From a virus (taxonomy: Duplodnaviria; Caudoviricetes), in IMG/VR virus record IMGVR_UViG_3300032038_000064, positions 6,906-70,905 of that record: a stretch of DNA of 64,000 nucleotides; one strand, given 5' to 3'. A program made the translations under genes and the position numbers. Position 1 is the stretch's first letter; each line of letters begins with the position of its first letter. Shown in pieces: positions 27,365 to 36,788 of the stretch. Below the pieces are notes generated by a model. The model was not told where the DNA came from, ran no database searches, and saw only the letters and a program-made list of their open reading frames with translations.

Positions 27365-28257
27365 ATTTATATTTTGCAGGTTGGGGTTCCCAAGACGCGG
27401 ACGAGTATTTACGTAGTAAACAAGCGCATCGGTTATTATCTTGGGTTAATGAGCGTAGAGTGTTAGAGTGGTGGGAGAATGATAATCTTGCAGATAGGTT
27501 GTTTATTGATAGCGGCGCATTTTCAGTTGCACATTCCGGAGTTAATATTAAAATTGATGATTATATTCAGTTTATTAGGGACCATCCGAAGATTTTAAAT
27601 TGGGCAGAATTAGATGTAATTCCGTACCCAGTATTAAATAATGCAACTGCTAAAATGTGTAGCGAAAAAAGTTGGGAAAATTATGTTTATATGCAATCAA
27701 AATTAGCCGGAATAAATATATTACCGCTGTATCATTTTGGAGAGAGTAAATTAGGATTAAAGAGAATATTAGAATCAGAGGTGTGCGGAAAACATGCTGA
27801 TTATATAGGTATAGGTGGACGGCACGGAGTAAGTACCGATTTGCAGGCACGTTATTTTAATGAGATATTTTCAATTATCAAACATAGTAGTAATCCTAAT
27901 GTTAAAGTTCACGCATTCGGAATAACTGTTCCTAAATTATTAGAACAATTTCCGTTTTATAGTGCTGATTCGACAACGTGGCTTCAAGTTGCAATTTCCG
28001 GAGGAATATTAACTGAGGATTTGCAAGCAATTAGAATAAGCGACGGAACAACATATGATAAGACTAATATTCAGTCAATGCCAAAAGATGCACTAGATAT
28101 ATTATTGCCCACGATTGAGAAGTATAACTATGATTTTACTGAATTGTGTGCTGATTATAAAGTGCGATTGCGCTATAATATTGATGTGATGCTGAATTGG
28201 GAAAAACAGTATACATATAAAGGGCCTAAGATATTTAAATCCCAAAAATTGTTTTAG
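27361..28257 (+). CDS. TGT-fold guanine transglycosylase (DpdA-like)
   Basis: LFIDSGAFS (catalytic Asp motif), LDVI, PLYH.GE, YIGIGG, KVHAFG, PFYSADSTTW; no canonical Zn-binding CxCxxC tail of tRNA TGTs. Confidence 0.75.
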   Translation: MNLYFAGWGSQDADEYLRSKQAHRLLSWVNERRVLEWWENDNLADRLFIDSGAFSVAHSGVNIKIDDYIQFIRDHPKILNWAELDVIPYPVLNNATAKMCSEKSWENYVYMQSKLAGINILPLYHFGESKLGLKRILESEVCGKHADYIGIGGRHGVSTDLQARYFNEIFSIIKHSSNPNVKVHAFGITVPKLLEQFPFYSADSTTWLQVAISGGILTEDLQAIRISDGTTYDKTNIQSMPKDALDILLPTIEKYNYDFTELCADYKVRLRYNIDVMLNWEKQYTYKGPKIFKSQKLF

Positions 28258-28348
28258 AAAGGAGGCATTGTTGTTTAGCCCTACCAACGTTATCAAATGA
28301 GGGTAGTTGTTTATCCTTACCAACTTATTAAACGAAGGAGATTTAGTA

Positions 28349-29023
28349 GTGAAGAAAACGAATGAAAATTTGAACCTGTTGTACATGATTTTTGCAGTCG
28401 GATTAGTTACTGCGAATGCTATTTCTGCAAAGATATTTGATACTGGATTTTTATTGTTCGGAAATCCAGTTACTTTAACTGTAGGCGCAATTTGCTATCC
28501 GATAACATTTTTAGTGACAGATATTATCGGAGAAATTTGGGGAAAGCATGAAGCGCAAGTTGCGGTAAAATTTGGATTTATTTGCCAACTTATAGCCACG
28601 TTCGTTATTATAATTGCAAGATATTTACCACCAGTTGATAGTTCAATGCAGGACAGTTATGTTAATTTGATGGGGCAGAATTGGGTGTTTGTGCTTGCAA
28701 GTTTATCTGCATTTTTAATTTCTCAGTCGTGGGACGTTTTTGTTTTTCATAAAATTCGTAATGCTTATATTAAAAAGCACGGTAGTAGAAAGGGCGGTCG
28801 TTGGATTTGGAACAATGGTTCAACGATAGGTAGTCAATTAATTGATAGCATTATTTATGTATTTGTTGCGTTCGGTTTCGGATTTGGCTGGTTGTTTAAT
28901 TCAGATATGTGGGGAATGATGTTTTCTATGATTGCCGGTCAGTTTATTGTAAAGGCAATTTTAGCGTTGCTTGATACGCCTATATTTTATGTTTTAACAA
29001 ATAATAAGGAGGGCACTAAATGA
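28349..29023 (+). CDS. yhhQ: queuosine-precursor transporter (YhhQ/Vut_1 family)
   Basis: Multi-TM; ANAISAKI, GAICYPITFLVTDIIGEIWG, ASLSAFLISQSWDV, RWIWNNGSTIGSQLIDSIIY, KAILALLDTP. Confidence 0.9.
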   Translation: MKKTNENLNLLYMIFAVGLVTANAISAKIFDTGFLLFGNPVTLTVGAICYPITFLVTDIIGEIWGKHEAQVAVKFGFICQLIATFVIIIARYLPPVDSSMQDSYVNLMGQNWVFVLASLSAFLISQSWDVFVFHKIRNAYIKKHGSRKGGRWIWNNGSTIGSQLIDSIIYVFVAFGFGFGWLFNSDMWGMMFSMIAGQFIVKAILALLDTPIFYVLTNNKEGTK

Positions 29024-29208
29024 ACACAAGAACACCGACAAGAGTACATACAAGAAAACTTGATAGGTCAGTTGCTAAAGCATCTATGAAGAGAGCCGGC
29101 ATGGTACAAATTAATAAAACTATGAGATTTGAGAACGTTACTCCACAAGGATGTAAGTATACGGAGGTAACTAGAAGTTATTTTGCTGAAAATTGGAGAA
29201 ACTATTAA
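29020..29208 (+). CDS. hypothetical protein
   Basis: 62 aa basic ORF, GGAGG RBS. Confidence 0.5.
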   Translation: MNTRTPTRVHTRKLDRSVAKASMKRAGMVQINKTMRFENVTPQGCKYTEVTRSYFAENWRNY

Positions 29209-29228
29209 TCACATAAGGAGGACAACAC

Positions 29229-30317
29229 ATGAAACTGACAATGAATACTGCGAAGTTGCAAGATATGGTAGCGAGAGCAGTAAAAGGAGCATCGAATAAT
29301 AAGTTGATTCCGATTACTTCTCTTATGGCGATTGAGTTAAAGCCCAATCACATTCTCACGCTGACAACAACCGATGCTACAAATTATCTGTATATTGATG
29401 AGCATAAAGTCGATGGAGATGAGTTTTATGCAGTAGTTCCTGTGGATGTATTCAGTAAACTTATTGCAAGAATGACTTGTGAGAATGTTATGCTGACAGT
29501 TCGCCCCGATGTTAAGATTCTCGAAGTTAAGGGAAATGGTAATTATAAGATTGAACTTCCGCTCGATGAGAATGGACAACTTATCAAATATCCTGACCCG
29601 TATAAAGAGGGCAAAAATTCTGACATTAAACTTAATCTGTCTACAGTTAAGGTGATTCTTGATACGTTGAAATCTGCACTTGCAACAACGTTAGAAAATC
29701 CGTGCTATACAGGATATTATGCGGGCGATAGTGTGATTGCTACAGATACTTATAAGATTGCAAACATGGACGTTTCGTTGTTCAATGAGCCCGTTCTTGT
29801 AAGTGCGGAACTTATGAATCTGCTTTCTGTAATTACTGAGGAGAATATTTATGTGAATATTGATGGAGATGTATTGCAGTTCTCTACAGACACTTGCAGA
29901 ATCTATGGCAGAGCAATGGAAGGCATTGAAGATTTTGCAGTTGAGCCGATTATGTCTCTAGTAGATACTGAGATGGATAGTCAGTGTTCTCTGAACAAAA
30001 CAGAACTCTTACAGGTACTTGATAGACTTTCTCTGTTCGTTGGTCCTTACGATAAGAATGCAGTAAGATTCACATTTACAAGAGAAGGACTTGAAATTTC
30101 GTCCAAAGCATCTAGCAGTGTTGAGATTATTCCGTATATCAGCAGTAAAGAGTTCAAGGCATTTACGTGCATGATTGATGTGCAGATGATTACACAGGAA
30201 GTAAAAGCAGTACAGGCAGACGTGATTGAAATGTATTACGGCGAAGATAATGCAGTAATTATGAAAGACGGTAACATTACAATCGTAGTCGCTCTGTTAG
30301 AAGATGAAGAGGAGTAA
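29229..30317 (+). CDS. dnaN: DNA polymerase III beta sliding clamp
   Basis: 362 aa three-domain size; LTLTTTDATNYL, VIATDTYKIA, ELLQVLDRLSLF repeats match the beta-clamp domain pattern. Confidence 0.85.
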   Translation: MKLTMNTAKLQDMVARAVKGASNNKLIPITSLMAIELKPNHILTLTTTDATNYLYIDEHKVDGDEFYAVVPVDVFSKLIARMTCENVMLTVRPDVKILEVKGNGNYKIELPLDENGQLIKYPDPYKEGKNSDIKLNLSTVKVILDTLKSALATTLENPCYTGYYAGDSVIATDTYKIANMDVSLFNEPVLVSAELMNLLSVITEENIYVNIDGDVLQFSTDTCRIYGRAMEGIEDFAVEPIMSLVDTEMDSQCSLNKTELLQVLDRLSLFVGPYDKNAVRFTFTREGLEISSKASSSVEIIPYISSKEFKAFTCMIDVQMITQEVKAVQADVIEMYYGEDNAVIMKDGNITIVVALLEDEEE

Positions 30318-30333
30318 TTAGTTGAGTTAGTCG

Positions 30334-30369
30334 GGGCAGTCATATAGTGAATATATGACTGCTCTTTTT
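30334..30369 (+). terminator. intrinsic terminator
   Basis: GGGCAGTCATATA-gtgaa-TATATGACTGCTC plus TTTTT. Confidence 0.75.
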
Positions 30370-30371
30370 AT

Positions 30372-30400
30372 TTGACACTAATGTTAATGTGTGTTACAAT
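30372..30400 (+). promoter_or_regulatory. sigma-A type promoter
   Basis: TTGACA-N17-TACAAT followed by ATTA. Confidence 0.75.
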
Positions 30401-30439
30401 ATTATAGTAGATAGTTGTTTCGTACAGAAAGGAGAAACT

Positions 30440-30622
30440 ATGAAACGAGTAACCCACATATTGGAATTTATTGGATTTTTTGTTATTGCTGGAGCGCTTG
30501 GAAATGACGATGTTATGATATTTTCTACCGGCGCATATCCGATTGCAGAGACTTTGAGAACAGTTGCGGTTGGTGCAGTTCTTATGTTGCCAGCAGTAGT
30601 GATGGAGGTAATTAATGGCTAG
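30440..30622 (+). CDS. small membrane protein
   Basis: AAAGGAG RBS; two hydrophobic segments. Confidence 0.5.
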   Translation: MKRVTHILEFIGFFVIAGALGNDDVMIFSTGAYPIAETLRTVAVGAVLMLPAVVMEVING

Positions 30623-31409
30623 GAGTAGTCTAAGGAACGTTATGAGACTGATAGATGCGGCAAAAGAAACATTGCCGCCGGAGCAGTCATTTTTAAATGA
30701 CTTAAAGAGGTCAATAGAGATGACTGCTGATAAAGGAGGCGATAGACTTCCGAGCAAAACGTATAAGCCATCTGGTATGAATTGTATCAGAGCCAGTTAT
30801 TATCAGATAATGGGAGTACAGCCTGACCTGTCAAGTTCAAGTTATACACTAGTAGGAATTTGTAATAGCGGAACAGATATTCATGTACGTGTTCAGACAG
30901 CCGTTGAGGAAATGAAGAACAACAGCATGGATTGTGAGTATATTGATGTTGCAGAGTTTGTGAAAAGTAGGAATCTTGATTATCTGAATATTGTATCTAA
31001 AAACGGTATGGAGACAAAGTTGTATCATAAGACGTTGAACATAAGTTTTATGTGTGACGGTATTATACGATACAAAGGTAAGTACTATATCTTAGAGTTA
31101 AAGACTGAGAATAGTTATAAGTTTATGAATAGAAATGGTGTAGACCCGTCACACTATAATCAAGGTACTGCTTATTCACTTGCGTTCGGACTTGACGATG
31201 TATTATTTGTTTACATTAGTAGGGATATACTTGATATGAAAGCATTTATGTTCCACGTAACAGATGAAATGAAGCAGAATCTTGTTGGGTACATTGAAGA
31301 GTGTGATGGATATGTTAAGCGAATGGTAGCACCACCGAAGCCCGAAAAAGTATCAAAAAAAGCGTGTTCCTATTGTATGTATAAAAATCAGTGTAAGAGG
31401 GATGGATGA
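30615..31409 (+). CDS. Cas4-like PD-(D/E)xK exonuclease
   Basis: KPSGMNCIR, GTDIH, CDG...ELKT, NQGTAY and C-terminal CSYCMYKNQC Fe-S cysteines. Confidence 0.8.
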   Translation: MARSSLRNVMRLIDAAKETLPPEQSFLNDLKRSIEMTADKGGDRLPSKTYKPSGMNCIRASYYQIMGVQPDLSSSSYTLVGICNSGTDIHVRVQTAVEEMKNNSMDCEYIDVAEFVKSRNLDYLNIVSKNGMETKLYHKTLNISFMCDGIIRYKGKYYILELKTENSYKFMNRNGVDPSHYNQGTAYSLAFGLDDVLFVYISRDILDMKAFMFHVTDEMKQNLVGYIEECDGYVKRMVAPPKPEKVSKKACSYCMYKNQCKRDG

Positions 31410-31410
31410 T

Positions 31411-31578
31411 ATGGTACGAGTTGTGTTTGAGTATGCAGATGCACTTAGTAAGTGGGAATGGCGGCGTCAATCATGTGTTGTTTCTTCTGTAGAAGAGTGT
31501 AAGCGTATATATGGATTAGGCATTGATTGTGAATATAAAATTATCAGTGTTGAGCATATAGAGGAGAACAAACAATGA
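31411..31578 (+). CDS. hypothetical protein (55 aa, not in ORF track)
   Basis: Open frame between coupled genes; ATGA overlap downstream. Confidence 0.45.
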   Translation: MVRVVFEYADALSKWEWRRQSCVVSSVEECKRIYGLGIDCEYKIISVEHIEENKQ

Positions 31579-31754
31579 CTGAGCGAGAAGCCAAAACAAT
31601 TTTACATAGTTATGGGCCTCCTACAAATATAAGAAAGCATATCGAAGCAATAGAGGTCGCAACAAAGATTCTCGGTGAAGAAGCAACAATGGAAGAAATA
31701 TGGAGGTGGGCAAGTGAAAAACGAGACACAGAAACCGACAAAAGAACAGTTTGA
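31575..31754 (+). CDS. hypothetical protein (59 aa, not in ORF track)
   Basis: GAGGAG RBS; ATGA overlap. Confidence 0.4.
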   Translation: MTEREAKTILHSYGPPTNIRKHIEAIEVATKILGEEATMEEIWRWASEKRDTETDKRTV

Positions 31755-31902
31755 GGACTATGTAGCAATCAGAAATAGCGGTGTAGTAAATATGTTTGAT
31801 GTGCGAACCGTTTGTAATCTGTCTATTACAGGATTAACTAGAGAACTTTGTTTATACATTATGTCAAACTTTATGGAACTTGCAAAAGAGTATGGAGTAT
31901 GA
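31714..31902 (+). CDS. DUF5049-like protein
   Basis: EQFEDYVAIRNSGVVNMFD motif; GGAGG RBS before the GTG. Confidence 0.55.
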   Translation: MKNETQKPTKEQFEDYVAIRNSGVVNMFDVRTVCNLSITGLTRELCLYIMSNFMELAKEYGV

Positions 31903-31911
31903 GGTTGATGT

Positions 31912-32280
31912 ATGAAGAATTTTAAATTTAGAGTAGGTGATACAGTTCAAGTAACGGATTGGGGAGAGATGTTTTCTCGGTGTACAGATTTTTTTGATAA
32001 GCATCACAATGAAATAGTGTACAACTATATGGTGCGCTATGCTTATGGTGACAATAGTAATTTTATAGAGCGCAATAACGCAGATAGTAGCGAGTACGTT
32101 GTGTTGTATGTTTATGATGGGAAGGCATTGATTAGTAAGTCTTTGGCAAGTGGCGCTGTGTACTTGATTAACACGAAAGGATTAAAGCCTGTGAACGTGG
32201 TTGAAATGACGCTGGCTGAGATTGAGAGACAATTAGGCTGTAGAATTTGTATTGTTGAGGATTCAACAGATGGCAGTTAA
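31912..32280 (+). CDS. hypothetical protein
   Basis: KFRVGDTVQV SH3-like N-terminus; EMTLAEIERQLG C-terminal motif common in phage ORFs. Confidence 0.55.
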   Translation: MKNFKFRVGDTVQVTDWGEMFSRCTDFFDKHHNEIVYNYMVRYAYGDNSNFIERNNADSSEYVVLYVYDGKALISKSLASGAVYLINTKGLKPVNVVEMTLAEIERQLGCRICIVEDSTDGS

Positions 32281-32797
32281 TAGAGGAAAAAAGTTTGAGA
32301 ATGTAATACGAGAAGCGTTTGAAAAAGTCCCAAATGTATCAGTGGACAGACTGCACGACCAAACAAACGGCTTTAAAGGAAGTCAGAATATCTGCGATTT
32401 TATTGTCTATAAAGAACCGTATGAATATTACATAGAATGTAAATCTGTACATGGAAATACGTTGAGTATTCACAGTAATCCAAAGGCAGATAAGCACGGA
32501 AGATTGCATGGATTTTATGGTGCTATTACAGATACACAGTGGGAAGGACTTCTTGAGAAGTCGAAGATAGAAGGTGTATTTGCAGGAATTGTTTGTTGGT
32601 TTGCCGATAAAAATGACACTCGATTTTTTCCTATACAGTATTTACAAAAATATAGGCAGTTGGGATGTAAGAGTGTTGCGGCGTTTGACGAGTCAGATGA
32701 TGCAATACATCCTATACAAATAAAAGGAAAAAAGAAACGAGTGTTTTACGAATATAACATGGAGGACTTTTTTAATGAAGTTCAATCTGTCAGATGA
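32270..32797 (+). CDS. recU: RecU Holliday junction resolvase
   Basis: NRGKKFE, CDF, IECKS catalytic motifs of RecU. Confidence 0.8.
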   Translation: MAVNRGKKFENVIREAFEKVPNVSVDRLHDQTNGFKGSQNICDFIVYKEPYEYYIECKSVHGNTLSIHSNPKADKHGRLHGFYGAITDTQWEGLLEKSKIEGVFAGIVCWFADKNDTRFFPIQYLQKYRQLGCKSVAAFDESDDAIHPIQIKGKKKRVFYEYNMEDFFNEVQSVR

Positions 32798-33305
32798 GGA
32801 ATTAGAAAGAGTACATGATATACAAGACCATGTAGAGGATTATAGTAAAACTATTGATGCAATAGTTAATGATATTATTCAACCATACTGCAAAGACCTA
32901 GACAATTATGTTGGATTTATTAAAGATTGTTTGAAAGACGGCGAGAATCCGCCCACATCAGATGAACTTGACGATTTTTGTCTTAATCTCTCCACTTATA
33001 TTTACTTTGCCGGTGGTATGTGTGAGCAGTTAGGTATTCGTGATGATATATCAAAAGCAGTGTACAAAGAGATGTACCACACTGCTAGAGCAAGTCAAGA
33101 TAAGGGCACTATTGCAGATAAGGATTCACTTGCTGAATTAGCGTCACAGGAACAGTTTATAGTATCGTCAGCATATACCCGGTCATATAAAATGCTGAAG
33201 GCGAAAGTAGAAAATGCACAAGAACTTTTGTCGAGTTGCAAAAAGGTGCTTAGTAGAAGAATGGCTGAGATGGAACTTACAAGAATGGGAGGTAGTGGTA
33301 AGTAA
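32775..33305 (+). CDS. hypothetical helical protein (possible recombination mediator)
   Basis: 176 aa, all-helical, C-terminal coiled segment; next to RecU. Confidence 0.45.
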   Translation: MKFNLSDEELERVHDIQDHVEDYSKTIDAIVNDIIQPYCKDLDNYVGFIKDCLKDGENPPTSDELDDFCLNLSTYIYFAGGMCEQLGIRDDISKAVYKEMYHTARASQDKGTIADKDSLAELASQEQFIVSSAYTRSYKMLKAKVENAQELLSSCKKVLSRRMAEMELTRMGGSGK

Positions 33306-33604
33306 TGGAACACATTATTCAGTTTGGCGTAACTATTGATGATGCGATTAAAAAGAATATTGAGGAAAAAGCAAGAAATCAGATTACAGAAGAGTTAAAA
33401 GCCGAAATTAGAAAAGAACTATTTGTAGGAACTGGTTGGAATAGGGATTTATCTTACAAAGTGCAGGAACTAATTAAAGATACAGTACGAGAGTGCCAAG
33501 ACCAGATTATTAAAGATGCAACTGCTCAACTGGTTGAAACTATGAGGCGTAGTAAGAAATATAAGGAAGCACTTGCAAAGATTGTGGAGGTTGCAGATGA
33601 GTAA
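33305..33604 (+). CDS. hypothetical protein
   Basis: 99 aa coiled ORF coupled to its neighbours. Confidence 0.5.
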   Translation: MEHIIQFGVTIDDAIKKNIEEKARNQITEELKAEIRKELFVGTGWNRDLSYKVQELIKDTVRECQDQIIKDATAQLVETMRRSKKYKEALAKIVEVADE

Positions 33605-33983
33605 TGCTATTACAGGAAGTATGTATCAGACATTAGCGATGCGAACAAATGATGGTCAATCTTCTCAGAGGTTGCGTAAAGCACTTGATGGGGCTAATGG
33701 AGTTGATTTTGGTGGATTTATGATGGCGTGTCTCGGACTTTCTGGTGAAGTTGGGGAGTTTAATGACACTATGAAGAAGATTATTTTCCACGAAGCGGCT
33801 TTTGATGAGGAGCATCTGAAAAAAGAGTTAGGTGATATTTGTTGGTACGTTGCGATGATGTGCGAAGCGTTCGGGTGGAATCTCGATGATATTATGAAAA
33901 TGAATATTAAGAAATTACGAGACCGCTATCCTGACGGATTTGATACTTATAGAGCGAATCATAGAAAGGAAGGTGATGTATGA
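33597..33983 (+). CDS. MazG-like nucleotide pyrophosphohydrolase
   Basis: LGLSGEVGEF...EELGDICWYVA...NIKKLRDRYPDGF. Confidence 0.9.
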   Translation: MSNAITGSMYQTLAMRTNDGQSSQRLRKALDGANGVDFGGFMMACLGLSGEVGEFNDTMKKIIFHEAAFDEEHLKKELGDICWYVAMMCEAFGWNLDDIMKMNIKKLRDRYPDGFDTYRANHRKEGDV

Positions 33984-34294
33984 AGTGGGAAGAAGAATAT
34001 AGTGAGCGGTTCGATGAGTTGCGGAAAAACCGAGTTAAAACAAGTTATCATAAATACGGAACTGCAAAAATTAATTTCGGACAGGGTCTTGTAGAAACTA
34101 TCCCAACCGCAGAGTTGTGTATTGCTAAGTACAAAAGCACAGGTAATACTGAGTATTTGTGCGATGCGGCGAATTATCTTATGTTTGAATTTATGTATCC
34201 GCAAAAAGAAGGAGCATATTTTCAAGCAACTAGTAGTAAAGAGAGCGCAGGATTAGTAGGAATGGCTGTTAAGCAAATGGAGGAGTATAAGTAA
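33980..34294 (+). CDS. conserved phage protein, possible all-alpha NTP pyrophosphatase fold
   Basis: SYHKYG...NTEYLCDAANYLMFEF; lies between MazG and ThyX. Confidence 0.4.
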   Translation: MKWEEEYSERFDELRKNRVKTSYHKYGTAKINFGQGLVETIPTAELCIAKYKSTGNTEYLCDAANYLMFEFMYPQKEGAYFQATSSKESAGLVGMAVKQMEEYK

Positions 34295-34938
34295 TGAGAA
34301 TCGTTAATCCTAGTGTTGAGTTTGTTACGCCCATGTCAGCGGCTTCTGGTATTGTGATTATGAAGCGCATTGAGGAGATTGGTCGAGTTTGCTATAAATC
34401 TGAGGACAAGATTACAGAAGATAGTTATAAAAAGTTTCTTGGCAATATTATTAAAAGAGGACATGAATCTGTATTAGAGCATTGTTCAGTTACAATGAAA
34501 TTCATTTGTGACCGAGGAGTAACACACGAGATTGTACGGCACAGAATCGGCTCATATAGTCAGGAATCTACAAGATACTGCAATTACAGTAACGATAAGT
34601 TTGGCAATGAAATTACTGTAATTAAGCCGTGTTTCTTTGAAGAGGGCTCGAATAAATATAAAATTTGGTATTTGGGATGTATGGATGCAGAGACGGCATA
34701 TTTTAATCTTATTTACGAAGGAGCAACTCCTCAAGAAGCGCGGTCAGTTCTTCCTAATAGTTTAAAGACCGAGATTGTTGTTACATATAATATCAGAGAG
34801 TGGAGACATTTCTTTAAACTTAGATGCAGTAAAGCGGCACATCCGCAGATGCGTGAAGTTGCTAAGATGGCATTTGAACAGTTTTATAAGTATATGCCCG
34901 AGTTATTTGAAGATATAAAACCGTATACAGAGGATTAA
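34294..34938 (+). CDS. thyX: FAD-dependent thymidylate synthase
   Basis: GHESVLEH, RGVTHEIVRHRIGSYSQESTRY signature, ARSVLP, HPQMR. Confidence 0.95.
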   Translation: MRIVNPSVEFVTPMSAASGIVIMKRIEEIGRVCYKSEDKITEDSYKKFLGNIIKRGHESVLEHCSVTMKFICDRGVTHEIVRHRIGSYSQESTRYCNYSNDKFGNEITVIKPCFFEEGSNKYKIWYLGCMDAETAYFNLIYEGATPQEARSVLPNSLKTEIVVTYNIREWRHFFKLRCSKAAHPQMREVAKMAFEQFYKYMPELFEDIKPYTED

Positions 34939-34946
34939 TTATAGGC

Positions 34947-35318
34947 ATGAAAGCAGAAGCGTTGAGGTGTAATTATTGCAATGGTTTTGTAAATCCAACA
35001 ACATACAAATGCCCTTATTGCGGTACTCAGTATGTCAAGCCGAGGAGTGAGCCTTACAGACCGCCGGACACGAAGATAGTTTCGGTAAATGCTCCTGTTG
35101 ATGTCATCGGGTGTCAGGTTGCAATTCCGTTCGACAGATTTAAGACCATGACAGACATTGGTGTGCCGATTGAGCAAGAGGTAAGACGAGACATGGCGAA
35201 TCAGATTGCCGATATTATAGCCGACAAGATTGAGATTTATGAGGATTTTGACATTACTGGTTATAAGAAAAAGTATACGGCAAGGCTGAGAGTAGTAAAG
35301 CCGGATTTCAGATTTTAA
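34947..35318 (+). CDS. hypothetical protein with N-terminal zinc ribbon
   Basis: CNYC...CPYC. Confidence 0.5.
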   Translation: MKAEALRCNYCNGFVNPTTYKCPYCGTQYVKPRSEPYRPPDTKIVSVNAPVDVIGCQVAIPFDRFKTMTDIGVPIEQEVRRDMANQIADIIADKIEIYEDFDITGYKKKYTARLRVVKPDFRF

Positions 35319-35329
35319 GGAGATAGTTA

Positions 35330-36355
35330 ATGGGACTGAAACTCGATGAGATAATGAAGCAAGCCAATAAGCGGTTTAAAGAAGAGATAATTACACAAGG
35401 ACTTAGTGATTTCTCTTATAGACGCATTCCGTTCACTTCTCCGAGAATGAATTATTGCACATTTGGCGGTATTCCTGTTGGAAAAATCACAGAGTTTTAT
35501 GGAGAAGAACACGGCGGTAAAACTACTACTGCACTTGACATTGTGGCAAATTATCAAAAATCAGATGATGATAGGGATGTATTATACATTGATGCTGAGA
35601 ATACACTTGATGTAGAGTGGGCAAAAAAGATAGGTGTTGATGTAGATAGAATGTATATTTTACAGCCTAAATCACAATCAGCGGAGGAGATATTTCAGAT
35701 TATCTGTGATTCAGTAGATACAGGAGAAGTCGGACTTTGGGTTCTTGACAGTATTGGCGCATTAATGTCAGCGCAAGAACTTGAAAAGACAATGGAAGAT
35801 AAAACATATGGTGGTATTGCAAAACCGCTTACACTGTTCGGCAAGAGAATTGAAATGCTTATGCAGAGACATAAATGTACAGGCATTGGTATTAATCAAG
35901 AACGTCAAGATATGAACAGTATGTACGGTGGTACAACTACTCCTGGTGGTAAAGCATGGAAACATTTTTGCTCTGTTCGTATGAGATTTGCTAGAGGAAA
36001 GTTTATTGATGAGAAAGGAAATGAACTTACTCGCTCGGCTGAAAATCCGGTTGGTAACATTGTTATGATGAGCATGACAAAGAATAAAACATGCCCCCCG
36101 ACAAGAAGAACTGGTTTCTATACATTGAACTATGAAACAGGAATTGACTATCTTAGAGATTTGATTGAGGTCGCAATTAAGTATGATATTATACGAAAGT
36201 CTGGAGCGTGGTTCGATATTATAGATATTAAAACCGGAGAGATTTTAGAAGGCAAAATTCACGGACAAGCGGCAGTTACTGTGTTCTTAAAAGAGAATGA
36301 GGAAATATTGAAACGGATTGAGGAACTCGTCAATTGTGAAATGAATAAGGAATAA
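35330..36355 (+). CDS. recA: RecA recombinase
   Basis: Walker A GEEHGGKTT, YIDAENTLD, DSIGAL, INQER, TTPGGKAWKH, KSGAWF. Confidence 0.95.
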   Translation: MGLKLDEIMKQANKRFKEEIITQGLSDFSYRRIPFTSPRMNYCTFGGIPVGKITEFYGEEHGGKTTTALDIVANYQKSDDDRDVLYIDAENTLDVEWAKKIGVDVDRMYILQPKSQSAEEIFQIICDSVDTGEVGLWVLDSIGALMSAQELEKTMEDKTYGGIAKPLTLFGKRIEMLMQRHKCTGIGINQERQDMNSMYGGTTTPGGKAWKHFCSVRMRFARGKFIDEKGNELTRSAENPVGNIVMMSMTKNKTCPPTRRTGFYTLNYETGIDYLRDLIEVAIKYDIIRKSGAWFDIIDIKTGEILEGKIHGQAAVTVFLKENEEILKRIEELVNCEMNKE

Positions 36356-36365
36356 TTTCTATTTT

Positions 36366-36400
36366 ATAAAGACGCATAAAATAAATATGCGTCTTTATTT
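36366..36400 (+). terminator. intrinsic terminator
   Basis: ATAAAGACGCATA-aaataaa-TATGCGTCTTTAT plus a T-rich tail. Confidence 0.65.
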
Positions 36401-36409
36401 ATTTTATAC

Positions 36410-36438
36410 TTGTTTTCTGTTTGATTGTGTAGTACAAT
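36410..36438 (+). promoter_or_regulatory. sigma-A type promoter
   Basis: TTGTTT-N17-TACAAT followed by ATTA. Confidence 0.6.
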
Positions 36439-36596
36439 ATTAGTGTGCTGATAGATAGCATAAAACGTGAGTGATGTGCGATGTATCAGAACAGTGTCCA
36501 GTAGCCGTGTATAAGGACTGTGCTTCTAAGGAAGATAACGGTACAGATGATACTATCTATCAGCAATCTATAAAAACTCAAAAAAGGAGAATTAAG

Positions 36597-36788
36597 ATGT
36601 ACAAGTGCAGATGTTGTGGAGCAATCTTTGAAGAGCCCAGAATCAGAAAATATAAAGAGGCTCGTGAATTTTGGGGTATGCCTTGCTATGAAGAGTTTTA
36701 TGAAGAGACTTGTCCTGAATGTGATGATTACGACTTCCGAGAGTACGATGAGGACGAAGAAGAGGAAGAGGAGGACGAGTTATGTTGA
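36597..36788 (+). CDS. small zinc-ribbon protein with acidic tail
   Basis: AAGGAG RBS; CRCC...CPEC and a poly-E tail. Confidence 0.55.
   Translation: MYKCRCCGAIFEEPRIRKYKEAREFWGMPCYEEFYEETCPECDDYDFREYDEDEEEEEEDELC

Noticed and set aside
27361-28257. Canonical tRNA-guanine transglycosylase (tgt)
   Set aside because: Shorter than canonical TGT, lacks the C-terminal zinc motif, is coupled to polA, and no GUN-anticodon tRNAs are present in the window; gene symbol withheld.
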